Positions 8,493 through 18,672 of a stretch of 64,000 nt of DNA are shown here, piece by piece (within the stretch, counting starts at the first letter, position 1; each line of letters starts with the position of its first letter). The notes under the pieces are model-generated. The model worked only from the letters and a program-made list of their open reading frames with translations, did not search any database and was not told where the DNA came from. This DNA is from a virus. The translations under genes were made by a program, and so were the position numbers. The DNA is taken from positions 1 to 64,000 of the IMG/VR virus record IMGVR_UViG_3300009159_008629. One strand, written 5' to 3'.

Positions 8493-9223
8493 AAACGATA
8501 GTAACCGCTTTTGACGAACTGTATTTCCAGAGATTCGGGGTCGGATGGTTTTCGTCCCTTTCCGAAGCCGGGAAATACAAAGGCAAGATCATCGCCGTGG
8601 CTTTTTCCTTTGGCATGAACAGCTCCGTGGACAAGATGCGATCCATGGGCGTCGAAGTCGTGCACGCCAAGACGTGCGAGGAGATGAGGTCTTGCACCAT
8701 CGGAATGGTGTTGGACATGCAGAAGTCGAACCCGGGAACTTACGCCTATTTCGACATAGACGGTCATTTCGAGGGAGATATAAACCCTCTGTTTGACATT
8801 TCTTCGGATTCGGAACTTTTGGTTTCCGAAAACGGCGATTCCGGGATGGTTTGCGGAGACGAAAAGGCGTGGGGCAGGCTCAGGGAATACAGGAAATTCG
8901 AGTCATTTTGCGGATTCGGGCATTCCATGGGAAATTTCTCGAACATGAACAGGTTCGTCAAGGTTGTTCCGAACAAGTGGAACTACACGAGCCCGACCAG
9001 GATTTCCGAAGAGCCCGACGTAAGGTTCGTGCACTACAGCGGTCAGATGAAATCATACAAGAAGTTCGATTCCATGATCGATTCGATCCTCATATCGAAA
9101 AACCCGGAACTGATGTCGAAATGGAAGTCGGAATTGCTTGGGCAGCACGGAGCCGCCATTCAGAAGCCGATATTCCCTAAGAGGAAAGCCAATGACCCAG
9201 CCGATAATCCTGACTTGGGCTAG
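8489..9223 (+). CDS. GT-A fold glycosyltransferase-like protein (GT8/GT77-like)
   Basis: YFDID (DxD), KWNY and FVHYSG; TTG start overlapping the gp47 stop with AGGAG RBS. Confidence 0.5.
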   Translation: MKTIVTAFDELYFQRFGVGWFSSLSEAGKYKGKIIAVAFSFGMNSSVDKMRSMGVEVVHAKTCEEMRSCTIGMVLDMQKSNPGTYAYFDIDGHFEGDINPLFDISSDSELLVSENGDSGMVCGDEKAWGRLREYRKFESFCGFGHSMGNFSNMNRFVKVVPNKWNYTSPTRISEEPDVRFVHYSGQMKSYKKFDSMIDSILISKNPELMSKWKSELLGQHGAAIQKPIFPKRKANDPADNPDLG

Positions 9224-9983
9224 CAACATAAGCGACAGGAATTGGCTTCAGTACGCTTGTTATTTCCGTTCCGTCAGGGAAAACTCAAATCAAAGTCTGG
9301 CTGTCTGCCTCACGAACGGACTCGACTCCGAATACAGGAAGATCATAGAGGATTTCGGCTTCCAGATCCATTTCATGGAAAAGCCTTCCACCGGAAGGAT
9401 ATTCACGGACAGATGGCATCATTACTGGAGTTTCCTGAGCGGCTTCGACCGCAGCACCCCGGTCTTCATATCCGACAGCCGTGACGTCGTAATCCAGGGC
9501 GACCCCTTCGGTTTCGAGCCAAGGCGCAATGTCGTGCTCTCGAGGGAGGGATTCCTCCACAAGGATTCGCCGTTCAACATGTACGACCAACTTCAGGTGC
9601 AAAAGGCAAATGGCGGCATATCGATGGATTACTATTCGTGGGACGTGGTCAACGCGGGCGTCTGCAAGGGGATCTGCGAGTCCGTGAGGGACTTTTGCCT
9701 GCTGATGTGGAGCAACTGCCTGGTTTACCAGAATTGCACGGACCAAGCCGTGATGAACTTCCTGGTCTCGAAAATCAAGGAAGACAAGAGGTTTTTCCTG
9801 AGCGACCCAAGCGCCGACAGCTTCTGCCTGACCGGCGAGGTTTTCAAGGAGAATTTCCTACCTTTCGAGCCATCGCTGGTCGACGGCAAGGTCTGCGGCT
9901 CGGGCGGAAACCCGTTTCTGGTGTTCCACCAATGGGACAGAACTATTTTTTCGAATCACATCTTGAAATCATTTTTAAAATAA
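9192..9983 (+). CDS. GT-A fold glycosyltransferase-like protein
   Basis: SDSRDVVIQGDPF, VNAG, DQAVMN and HQWDR motifs. Confidence 0.6.
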   Translation: MTQPIILTWASNISDRNWLQYACYFRSVRENSNQSLAVCLTNGLDSEYRKIIEDFGFQIHFMEKPSTGRIFTDRWHHYWSFLSGFDRSTPVFISDSRDVVIQGDPFGFEPRRNVVLSREGFLHKDSPFNMYDQLQVQKANGGISMDYYSWDVVNAGVCKGICESVRDFCLLMWSNCLVYQNCTDQAVMNFLVSKIKEDKRFFLSDPSADSFCLTGEVFKENFLPFEPSLVDGKVCGSGGNPFLVFHQWDRTIFSNHILKSFLK

Positions 9984-9997
9984 ACTATCTTCACGGC

Positions 9998-12019
9998 ATG
10001 AAAAACTTAAATTTCAGCTACATAGGCGCATGGAACTTCCTGTGCTTCGGTCCGCAAGGCGTCGAGATCAAATTCGGCGACTACGGGAAGGTCGTGTTCA
10101 TACGCGGCGAGAACCGCGACGTCAAGAAAGAGGACGAGATGCCTTCGGACGAGGTCAGGGTCTCGTCCAACGGCTCGGGCAAGAGCAGCATACAGGAGAT
10201 CATAGTTTATGGTCTTTACGGGAAATCCATAAAGAAGCCTTCCGCCATACTCAAGGACGGAGTCATAAACAACATCGTCGGCAAGGACTGCAAGATAGAC
10301 CTCATGTGGGACAAGTACAGGGTGGTCAGGACCAGAAAGAAAAACAGCCTGCGGTTCTGGGAGAGCGTGGAAGGCGTCTGGGACGAATCCACGGAACTGA
10401 CGGCGGGATCGATGGACGACACGCAGTCGCTGATAGAGGATTCGATAGGTCTGACCTATGAGGCTTTCGTCAACATATGCATATTCACGGACGACCAGTC
10501 GGCGTCTTTCTTGGAAGCCGGCAGCGCCCTCAAGAGGGAGATCGTGGAGAACCTCCTGTCCTTGTCGAGCTATAGGGAGAAGCAGGACAAGGCTAAGAGG
10601 CTGGTTTCCGAGACGACTTCTGGGATCAAGATGCTTTCCAAGGAATATGAGCTCCTGAAGGCTTCCGAGGACGAATCGTTCAGACGCCTGAATCAGGCTA
10701 TAAAGAAGGAATCGGACTGGAAGGTCGAGAAATCCAAGGAGATAGATTCCATCGGGGCGAGGATAACAGAGAAGAAGTCGCAGCTCGCGAATTCCAGCCA
10801 TGGCGGCGACCTACTGGCGTACAACGAAGCGCAGGCGAGAATCAAGCAGTGCGGCGACGAGATATCCACGCACGAAACCGCCGAGCAGGACGCACGAGAC
10901 AAGATAGAGGCAGCTCGCGAAAAGGACGATAAGTTGAGGGACATGGCTCAGGCGCTCAAGGGGCAAGCCGAATCGGTCAAGTCGAAGATCGCGGAAAGAC
11001 AGCAAAAGATAAAGACGAAGAGACAGCACATGGATTCGGTGAGGTCGAACGAGCACGGATCTACCTGCGAGGTCTGTTACGGCGTCATAGATGTCGGAAA
11101 CATACAGAGGGTCGTGGACTCCGACGAACTGGAGATATCCGCGATAAACGGCGAGATATCACCTCTTCTGGAAGATGCCAAGAAACTTTCCTCCGACATA
11201 CTCGAGCTTTCCGAAAAGATGAAGAGGGTCAAGGACTTCTTGTCGCTCAAGGAGTCTCTTGTCAACAAGTTGGTGCTGGCGATAAGGGACTTGCGCCGCG
11301 AGATGTCTGACCTCGCGAAGATACGGGAGCCAAAGGCTGACAGCATGGAGCTTCTCCTCAACCAGGAGATAGAACAGTTGCAGGAATCCATGTCGATCAA
11401 GACGAACGAGCTCAATTCGAAGTCGCCATACGAGGACATAATAAGCAGCGAGAACGAGTCGCACGAGAACGCGAAGATCACGTCCAAGTCCAAGCACGAC
11501 TCGATAAAGGATTCCGAGGACAACCTCAAGTACTACCAGTATTGGAACCAAGGATTCGGGGAGAAGGGAATCAGGAAGACCGTGGTTGACGGCATCATAC
11601 CGCAGCTAAACAACCGCATAGACTACTGGCTCCAGTTCCTCATCGAAAACAAGATAGTCCTTAGGTTCGACAACGAGTTCAACGAAATCATCGAGAGGAA
11701 TCCCCCCGACGGCGACCCGTTCATCTACCATGCCATGTCGGCTGGTCAAAGGAGAAGGTTGAACCTTTCCGTCTCCCAGGCTTTCGCCGACGTCATGATG
11801 ATAAGCAGCGGGACCATACCTTCGGTGGTTTTCCTCGATGAGGTCACCACGAACATAGACCCGTTGGGCGTCCAGGGGATATTCAACATGATACAGGAGC
11901 TTTCCTTGGACAAGCAGGTTTTCATAACTACGCACGACAAGGATCTCATAAGGATGCTCGAGACTTCCGACATCATCGACCTTGTCCACGAAAAAGGATT
12001 CACGGTCATAAAAAAGTGA
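9998..12019 (+). CDS. Rad50/SbcC-like recombination ATPase (T4 gp46-like)
   Basis: NFLCFG start, Walker A NGSGKSS, coiled coil with CEVC zinc hook, MSAGQ signature, FLDE Walker B and ITTH. True start is ATG 9998. Confidence 0.92.
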   Translation: MKNLNFSYIGAWNFLCFGPQGVEIKFGDYGKVVFIRGENRDVKKEDEMPSDEVRVSSNGSGKSSIQEIIVYGLYGKSIKKPSAILKDGVINNIVGKDCKIDLMWDKYRVVRTRKKNSLRFWESVEGVWDESTELTAGSMDDTQSLIEDSIGLTYEAFVNICIFTDDQSASFLEAGSALKREIVENLLSLSSYREKQDKAKRLVSETTSGIKMLSKEYELLKASEDESFRRLNQAIKKESDWKVEKSKEIDSIGARITEKKSQLANSSHGGDLLAYNEAQARIKQCGDEISTHETAEQDARDKIEAAREKDDKLRDMAQALKGQAESVKSKIAERQQKIKTKRQHMDSVRSNEHGSTCEVCYGVIDVGNIQRVVDSDELEISAINGEISPLLEDAKKLSSDILELSEKMKRVKDFLSLKESLVNKLVLAIRDLRREMSDLAKIREPKADSMELLLNQEIEQLQESMSIKTNELNSKSPYEDIISSENESHENAKITSKSKHDSIKDSEDNLKYYQYWNQGFGEKGIRKTVVDGIIPQLNNRIDYWLQFLIENKIVLRFDNEFNEIIERNPPDGDPFIYHAMSAGQRRRLNLSVSQAFADVMMISSGTIPSVVFLDEVTTNIDPLGVQGIFNMIQELSLDKQVFITTHDKDLIRMLETSDIIDLVHEKGFTVIKK

Positions 12020-12087
12020 TTTTTTCTAAGAAAAAACAGTTTTTGATCCTTACATATATTCCAAACTAAATTTACAAAGAGGTAAAG

Positions 12088-14340
12088 ATGTCATCCAAAG
12101 CACTGTCCGATTATACTTTCGTTTCCAGATACGCCAGATACAACAGCGAGATAAGAAGGAGAGAGACTTGGCATGAGGCTGTGGAGCGGGTAAAGCAAAT
12201 GCACTTGGCGAAATACCCCATGGCTGCCGAGGACATAAATTTCGCCTTCTCCCACGTGCACGAGAAGGTCGCACTCGGAAGCCAGAGGGCTTTGCAGTTC
12301 GGCGGATCCCCCATACTGAAAAAAGAAGCCAGGATCTACAACTGCTCCGCGGCGTACTGCGACAGGACGAGGTTTTTCCAGGAGGCTACGTGGCTGCTCC
12401 TGTGCGGCTGCGGCGTCGGAGTCAGCGTCACGAAGAATCACGTGGACAAGCTGCCTAATTTCCACGCGGGTCTGGAGAGGTCGTCTGACTTGTCGGGCGA
12501 AATCATTTTTCAGATAGATGATTCCATAGAGGGTTGGGCGGACGCTTTCGGGGCTCTAATCGCGTCCTATATGCCACACTCGGAGTTCTATGAGTACTAT
12601 GGCAAAAAGTTGTCTTTTGACTACTCGAAGATAAGACCGCAGGGAGCCATGCTTTCGTATGGCATCGGCAAAGCCCCTGGGGCAAAGCCTCTGGAGGGAA
12701 GTCTCGAGAAGTGCAGAACCCTGATGAACAAGTGCCTCGACTCCGGCATGCGCAGGATGCGACCCATAGACTGCATGGACTACCTGCTTCACGCGTCGGA
12801 TTGCGTTCTCAGCGGCGGAATAAGGAGAAGCGCCGTCATAGTACTGTTTTCGGCGGACGACCAGGAGATGATGACCGCCAAGACCGGAGCCTGGTATTAC
12901 GACAATCCTCAAAGAGCAAGGAGCAATAATTCCGTCTTGCTCGACAGATCGTACACCACCAGGGACGATTTCCACAGCATGTTCGAGTCCACCAGGCAGT
13001 TCGGCGAACCTGGAATCGTCTGGACGGACTGTCCGGCAGAGCAGCTTTTCAATCCCTGCAATGAAATCTCATTGAGAGGATATGACGAGCATGGGAACTC
13101 CGGTTTCCAGTTTTGCAACCTCACCGAGATAAACGGGTCGAAGTTGACGTCCAAGGACAACTTCGCCTTGGCTGCGAAGGTGGCGTCCATCATAGGCACC
13201 CTGCAGTCCGGATACACGAAGTTCGATTATCTGGGAAGGGTGAGCGAGGACATAACGAAAAAAGAGGCTTTGCTCGGAGTTTCCATAACTGGCATGATGG
13301 ACAACCCGGACATATGCTTCGACCCAGCCATCCAGAGGGACATGGCTCATTTGGTCCTCGAGGTCAATGAGGGAATGGCTCGCAAGATAGGCATAAATGT
13401 TTCCGCGAGGTCGACGACGATAAAGCCAGCGGGTACGACTTCTTGTCTGCTCCAGACCTCAAGCGGGATTCACCCGCACCATGCCAAAAGGTACATACGA
13501 AGGGTTCAGAGCAACGCCATGGAGAACCCGATACAGCATTTCGCCAACGTAAATCCCATAGCCATAGAAAACTCCGTATGGAGCGCAAACGGCACTGACA
13601 AGGTCGTTAGCTTCCTCATAGAGACCAAGGGCGGGTCCCTGACGAAGTCCGATATCGACGCCGTGAAACTCCTCGAATACGTCAAGTTGACGCAGGAGAA
13701 CTGGATCAGGAGTGGTACCAGGGAAGAAAAATGTGTAGCCCCTTGGCTCACCCATAATGTCTCGAACACGATCAACGTGAACGATGACGAGTGGGATTCC
13801 GTGGAGCAGTTCATATACGAGAACAAGAATAGTTTCGCCGGCATATCCCTTCTAGGGTCCACCGGAGACCTCGATTACCCGCAGGCTCCGTTCACGAAGG
13901 TGCTGACTGTCGACGAGATAGTCGCGAAGTACGGCAAGGGATCAATATTCGCCTCCGGTCTAATAGTCGATGCCCTTCACGCGTTTCGCGGAAACCTGTG
14001 GAAGGCGTGCGATGCCGCGATGGGCGTTTTGTCCATAGTCGAGCCGTCGAAGCCAGAAAAGCTCGACGATGAGATCGCAGAGAAGATCCAGTCCGAATGG
14101 CTCCATTTCAACCTCCAAAAGGACTGGGTTCGCCGTGCCAACCAGTTCGCCGAGAGATATCTCGGAGGAAACACCAAGGAACTGACCTACCTCCTGAAAG
14201 ATGTCAACAACAACAAGCACTGGGAAGATCTTTCCAGGGTCTACAAGGATGTCGATTACACGACCATGACGGAGCAGGAGGACAACACCAAGCTGGCTGA
14301 GAACATAGCTTGTAGCGGTGGAGCTTGCCAGATGTTCTAA
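12088..14340 (+). CDS. nrdJ: Class II (adenosylcobalamin-dependent, monomeric-type) ribonucleotide reductase
   Basis: YNC, GGIRRSA, NPQRARSNNS, NPCNEISL, FCNLTEIN, TIKPAGT and C-terminal CSGGAC; no NrdB in the window. Confidence 0.8.
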   Translation: MSSKALSDYTFVSRYARYNSEIRRRETWHEAVERVKQMHLAKYPMAAEDINFAFSHVHEKVALGSQRALQFGGSPILKKEARIYNCSAAYCDRTRFFQEATWLLLCGCGVGVSVTKNHVDKLPNFHAGLERSSDLSGEIIFQIDDSIEGWADAFGALIASYMPHSEFYEYYGKKLSFDYSKIRPQGAMLSYGIGKAPGAKPLEGSLEKCRTLMNKCLDSGMRRMRPIDCMDYLLHASDCVLSGGIRRSAVIVLFSADDQEMMTAKTGAWYYDNPQRARSNNSVLLDRSYTTRDDFHSMFESTRQFGEPGIVWTDCPAEQLFNPCNEISLRGYDEHGNSGFQFCNLTEINGSKLTSKDNFALAAKVASIIGTLQSGYTKFDYLGRVSEDITKKEALLGVSITGMMDNPDICFDPAIQRDMAHLVLEVNEGMARKIGINVSARSTTIKPAGTTSCLLQTSSGIHPHHAKRYIRRVQSNAMENPIQHFANVNPIAIENSVWSANGTDKVVSFLIETKGGSLTKSDIDAVKLLEYVKLTQENWIRSGTREEKCVAPWLTHNVSNTINVNDDEWDSVEQFIYENKNSFAGISLLGSTGDLDYPQAPFTKVLTVDEIVAKYGKGSIFASGLIVDALHAFRGNLWKACDAAMGVLSIVEPSKPEKLDDEIAEKIQSEWLHFNLQKDWVRRANQFAERYLGGNTKELTYLLKDVNNNKHWEDLSRVYKDVDYTTMTEQEDNTKLAENIACSGGACQMF

Positions 14341-14351
14341 AAGTTATTGCT

Positions 14352-14380
14352 TTGAAAATACTTTTTTTCATACTTACTCT
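14352..14380 (+). promoter_or_regulatory. Sigma70-like promoter for pyrG
   Basis: TTGAAA-17nt-TACTCT. Confidence 0.4.
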
Positions 14381-14447
14381 ATTAGTTAGATTTGAGTAGA
14401 AGAAACAAGAATTACACAAGTTTACAATTTGTAGAAGGCAGTAGCTG

Positions 14448-16088
14448 ATGGCAAAATACATTTTCGTGGTTGGTGGCGTCATATCCGGCACGGGCAAAGG
14501 TGTTGCCGCAGCCAGCATAGGTCTTCTATTGAGGCTTCGAGGTCATGTCGTGACTTTGGTCAAGTTCGATCCGTACTACAACATCAACGCTGGCATCCTC
14601 GGACCCGGAGAGCATGGGGAATGTTTCTTGTGCGACGACGGCACGGAGACTGACCTTGACTTGGGTCACTACGAAAGGATAGCTGGAATAACGGTCAGCA
14701 AGGACAATATTTGCACCCACGGAATTCTCCAGAAGGAACTGATCGAGGAACAAGAGCAAGGGAAGTACCTCGGCGAGACCATACAGGTCAATCCCCACCT
14801 CACAGACAAAATAGAGAAGAGGCTGGTCGATCTCGGCAAGAACCACGACATAGTCATCGCCGAGGTTGGCGGGACAGTCGGCGACTCGGAAAGCTTTGCG
14901 TTCTACGAGTCGATCAGGCTTTTCAAGCAAAGCCATAGATCCGAGGTGCTTATCGTAATGGTCGCCCCCATATTGTGGATCAAGACCATCAAGGAATTCA
15001 AGACGAAACCCCTCCAGAATGCCGTCAAGGACTTGCAGAGGCACGGCTTGCAGGCTGATGTCCTTCTCTGCAGGGTTGAGAAGCCGATACCGGAGAAGAT
15101 TCTGGACAAGGTGTCTCAACTTTCCAACGTGACCAGGGAATGCGTTTTCGAGGCTCCCGATTTCGAGTCCATATACGAGGTTCCATTAGCCTACTACAAC
15201 CGCCATGTCGACGACTTGTTCGTGGATCTGTTTCACCTCAACAGAAGCGCCTGCAGGATCCACAAGTACCGCGAGGTTGTCGAGAAATACACCAACAACA
15301 ACCTCAGACCGATTTCCATAGGGATTTTCGGCAAGTACGACAATTGCGACGAAGCTTACATATCCCTGAAAGAGGCTTTGCTGCATGCCGGCATAGCGAA
15401 TGACTCCAAGGTGGAGATTCATTGGTTCAAGTCGGAGGATCTGGAGAAGTACAAGGACAACCGTGGTCTGCACAAGTTTTTCGAGAACCTAGACGGGATA
15501 ATCGTACCGGGCGGGTTCGACAACAGGGGGATAGAGGGCAAGATAAGGTGCATACAATATGCTCGCGAGAAGAAAGTTCCATTCCTCGGCATATGCCTTG
15601 GTCTGCAATGCGCCGTCATAGAGTTTTCCAGGAACGTGTGTCGCCTTGAGGGCGCCAACAGCATGGAGTTCGACAAGGAAACCAAGAATCCGGTGGTGAA
15701 GTTCGTTTCTGGTCAAGATGGGCTGACGAAAAAGTCGGCAAGCATGAGGCTTGGTGCATATGATTGCGAGCTCAAGAAGGAAACCATAGCATACGAACTT
15801 TACGGGCAGAAAACGGTGAGGGAGAGACACAGGCACAGATACGAGGTCAACGAGTCCTACATTCAAGGTTTCGAGGAAGCCGGGTTTTTGGTCAGCGGAA
15901 GGAATCCGCAGACGAATCTGGTCGAGATCATGGAGTTGAATGCCGATTTGCATCCTTTTTTCATAGGCACACAGGCTCATCCCGAGTTCAAGAGCAGGCT
16001 CACCGCGGCAGCCCCTTTGTTCAAGGGTTTGATAGCCGCAGCCATAAAGAACAAAAAAGTCGCGCCGGAAAACATAAATAAAGCATGA
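14448..16088 (+). CDS. pyrG: CTP synthase
   Basis: GGVISGTGKG, KFDPY, ETDLDLGHYER, GGTVGD, KTKPLQ, GICLG, ERHRHRYE and HPEF. Confidence 0.97.
   Translation: MAKYIFVVGGVISGTGKGVAAASIGLLLRLRGHVVTLVKFDPYYNINAGILGPGEHGECFLCDDGTETDLDLGHYERIAGITVSKDNICTHGILQKELIEEQEQGKYLGETIQVNPHLTDKIEKRLVDLGKNHDIVIAEVGGTVGDSESFAFYESIRLFKQSHRSEVLIVMVAPILWIKTIKEFKTKPLQNAVKDLQRHGLQADVLLCRVEKPIPEKILDKVSQLSNVTRECVFEAPDFESIYEVPLAYYNRHVDDLFVDLFHLNRSACRIHKYREVVEKYTNNNLRPISIGIFGKYDNCDEAYISLKEALLHAGIANDSKVEIHWFKSEDLEKYKDNRGLHKFFENLDGIIVPGGFDNRGIEGKIRCIQYAREKKVPFLGICLGLQCAVIEFSRNVCRLEGANSMEFDKETKNPVVKFVSGQDGLTKKSASMRLGAYDCELKKETIAYELYGQKTVRERHRHRYEVNESYIQGFEEAGFLVSGRNPQTNLVEIMELNADLHPFFIGTQAHPEFKSRLTAAAPLFKGLIAAAIKNKKVAPENINKA
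16074..16080 (+). promoter_or_regulatory. Late-promoter-like ATAAATA box
   Basis: CATAAATA-N4-ATG 16085. Confidence 0.55.
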
Positions 16089-16621
16089 ACTTCAAACAGT
16101 ACCTATTAATGGAAAACGAGGAAGATTTCGCCAACAAGGTTGGAAAGATATACAACTCATTGAATGACTTGTCCAAAGTGGTAGACGACAAGGGCGTGCG
16201 CCTTGGCGACCTAGCCAACGGCATAGTGGGCGAGATAAAGATTGTCCTCACAGGGATTAGCCCTCCCAAGATGAAGGGTCTGGTCGAGAAGATGCAAGCC
16301 ATAGCCATCATGATAAAGAAGTCCATGGATGGCAAGGAGAAAGACAAGGAAGCCAAGTCTCTCCCAGAAGCCATAAGGATAGCGTTGGCTGACATGGAAA
16401 AGATCAAATCGCAGATGGGCTTGCCGATCAACGACCTTGGAAGCCCCAACGACGACGTTCCGGCAAAAGACGACGCTGCGGTCTCGAATCCAGTGGAGAA
16501 GGAAAAGAAATCAGTCGTTCCCGATTCGAAGTCGCTGGTGGAGCCGACCGCTCCAGGAACAATACCGCCAGACAACGCCCCGTCACTCGGCGGAAGCACT
16601 GGCACACTAAAAAACCTGTAG
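16085..16621 (+). CDS. Hypothetical protein with N-terminal MNFKQYLLME motif
   Basis: 178 aa with a Pro-rich tail. Confidence 0.7.
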   Translation: MNFKQYLLMENEEDFANKVGKIYNSLNDLSKVVDDKGVRLGDLANGIVGEIKIVLTGISPPKMKGLVEKMQAIAIMIKKSMDGKEKDKEAKSLPEAIRIALADMEKIKSQMGLPINDLGSPNDDVPAKDDAAVSNPVEKEKKSVVPDSKSLVEPTAPGTIPPDNAPSLGGSTGTLKNL

Positions 16622-16629
16622 GTGAAAAC

Positions 16630-17784
16630 TTGTGCGGCATAGCTGGATACATAGGCGAATCGAACGACCGAAACGCCACTTGGAGCATAATATCCAAAGT
16701 CTTCGAGAAACTCGAGGTTAGGGGCGTCGACGCGGCTGGTTTCTGGATGTCCGAGAAGGGTGATTCGGGCAAGATCCTGCACCACAAGCAGCCGGGAAGA
16801 TCAAGCGATCTGGTCGGCTCGAAAGCGTGGAATGAGGTTGCCGCATTTGATTGCGACCTGTCCATAGTTCACGCTAGGGGAGCCAGCAAGGGCTACGGAA
16901 ACCCTTTGGTCAACCAAAACAACCACCCTTTCATCAGCGAGTCCGGGAACATCGCCTTGGCTCACAACGGCAAGATCGACGATGAAGAATACCAGTTACT
17001 CAAAGAGAAATACGGCGTCCAGTCCGAATGCGATTCCGAGATACTTTTGCGGGTGTTCGAACACGCATCCAGGCGATACAGCCTCAATGACCTGGAGGGT
17101 TATGTCGGCGACTTGCCGTATCCCCACAGGATGGCTGGGATCAAAGACATATTTTCCCTTATAAACCATGGGCACATGGCGGTTTCCATAGGTGAGTACG
17201 ATGTGGGCGGCAAAAGGTGTCTGTGGCTGTTCCGGAACAGGTTCAGACCCATGTGGGTTTTCGATCTCCGGTCGTCCCTGGGACAGATATTCTTTGCCTC
17301 CGAGCCAAGCATATGGAGGGAGGCTGCGTCCGAGGTCGGACCGTACCGCAAGATAATGAACTCGGCGAAGATGACCAAGCTCCCGGACGAGGAACTTTGG
17401 TTCTTCCATATAGACAATGATTCCAGATTCGTGAAAAGCCCGATCAAGATGATGGTTTCGAAGTCCAGCCCGAAGAAGTGGGTGTTCGACGGATTCAAGG
17501 TCGAGCCGCAGGGTGACGACATAGATGTGGATCTGGTTACTACTTTAAATGAGGCTGATCCAGAAGAGGAATACCACAACGACGATGGCTTGGCTTCCGA
17601 CATGGTTCTTTCCGAGATAGAAAGGCAGACGAAAAGCATATGCGACATATGCAATTCAATATGCTCAACCTCGCAGGTCCTGCTTGGAAACAACACCATT
17701 TCGGCGACCGAAGCCGAACAGGTGCTTTCCTTGCTCGAGGAGCAAAAGTCATCGATGGCGGAGATACAAAACATACTTAATTAG
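16630..17784 (+). CDS. Class II (Ntn) glutamine amidotransferase
   Basis: (M)CGIAG N-terminal nucleophile, RG.DAAG, HAR.AS, NNHPF, HNG.I and DSE. Confidence 0.85.
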   Translation: MCGIAGYIGESNDRNATWSIISKVFEKLEVRGVDAAGFWMSEKGDSGKILHHKQPGRSSDLVGSKAWNEVAAFDCDLSIVHARGASKGYGNPLVNQNNHPFISESGNIALAHNGKIDDEEYQLLKEKYGVQSECDSEILLRVFEHASRRYSLNDLEGYVGDLPYPHRMAGIKDIFSLINHGHMAVSIGEYDVGGKRCLWLFRNRFRPMWVFDLRSSLGQIFFASEPSIWREAASEVGPYRKIMNSAKMTKLPDEELWFFHIDNDSRFVKSPIKMMVSKSSPKKWVFDGFKVEPQGDDIDVDLVTTLNEADPEEEYHNDDGLASDMVLSEIERQTKSICDICNSICSTSQVLLGNNTISATEAEQVLSLLEEQKSSMAEIQNILN

Positions 17785-17791
17785 AGGGAAA

Positions 17792-18355
17792 ATGAAAGAC
17801 AACATTGGCGAAAACGAGGATGATTTTTTCATAGAGGACATCATAAAGAACCGCCAGTCTAAGAAAAAGAAAGTCAACGGCAAGAAGAAGGGAAGCAGGG
17901 TCGAGAGGGAACTCACCAAATTGCTCAACAACAGGTTCTCCTGCGAAGACTTCTCTAGGTCGGTCGGGTCCGGCAACAGGTGGGGTCAGGTTAATCATCT
18001 TCCAAAGCACGCCAGGGATGTTTTTTCCGGCGATCTCATAGTTCCTTCCAACTTCAAGTTCTGCATAGAGTCCAAGGGCGGATATGACGGCATAGACTTG
18101 AATTCGGTGTTCACGCATGGGTCCAGCGAACTGGACGTCTTTCTCGAACAAGCCGAAATAGACTCGTCCAGATGCAACCGAAAGCCGATGATGTGCTGGA
18201 AGAGAACCAGGAAACCATGGCTTGTTTTCGTGAAATCTTCGGAATTGGAAGGAGTGGAGTTTAAATACAGTATCAGGTACGGCGAGTGGACAGGGGTGTC
18301 TCTGGAAAGCCTGATGGAAATGGAAGATTCATTTTTCATAGGAGGACAGACATGA
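17792..18355 (+). CDS. Holliday junction resolvase-like PD-(D/E)XK nuclease
   Basis: NGKKKGSRVERE, RSVGSG, GDLI and IESK. Confidence 0.7.
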   Translation: MKDNIGENEDDFFIEDIIKNRQSKKKKVNGKKKGSRVERELTKLLNNRFSCEDFSRSVGSGNRWGQVNHLPKHARDVFSGDLIVPSNFKFCIESKGGYDGIDLNSVFTHGSSELDVFLEQAEIDSSRCNRKPMMCWKRTRKPWLVFVKSSELEGVEFKYSIRYGEWTGVSLESLMEMEDSFFIGGQT

Positions 18356-18672
18356 AACTAATAGAAGCTAGGGAAGATGGCGACATAGTCATGATCAGTT
18401 TCAAGGAAGAAAGGATATACGACGAGTCATCGATAGCCGCTATAGGAGAAGAACTTTATTCCTTGGTCGAATCCCGCCCCAAGGCGAAAGAGTTCACCAT
18501 AGATTTCTCGAAGACAAGCTACCTTTCAAGTTCTATGTTGGGGAAGCTCATATCCGTCAACAAGAAAGCCAAGGCGAACAACGCGGTTCTTTCCTTCAAG
18601 TCCATGAACGACAACGTCAAGGAGATTTTCCAGATCACGAAGATAGCCGGGTTTTTCAAGTTCATCGATTAA
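18352..18672 (+). CDS. STAS-domain anti-sigma factor antagonist (SpoIIAA/RsbV-like)
   Basis: IDFSKTSYLSSSMLGKLI and EIFQITK; GGAGG RBS. Confidence 0.8.
   Translation: MKLIEAREDGDIVMISFKEERIYDESSIAAIGEELYSLVESRPKAKEFTIDFSKTSYLSSSMLGKLISVNKKAKANNAVLSFKSMNDNVKEIFQITKIAGFFKFID

Noticed and set aside
9638-9997. 120-aa N-terminal extension of the Rad50-like ORF in the track
   Set aside because: It overlaps the GT gene in another frame; the family N-terminus (NFLCFG) begins at ATG 9998.
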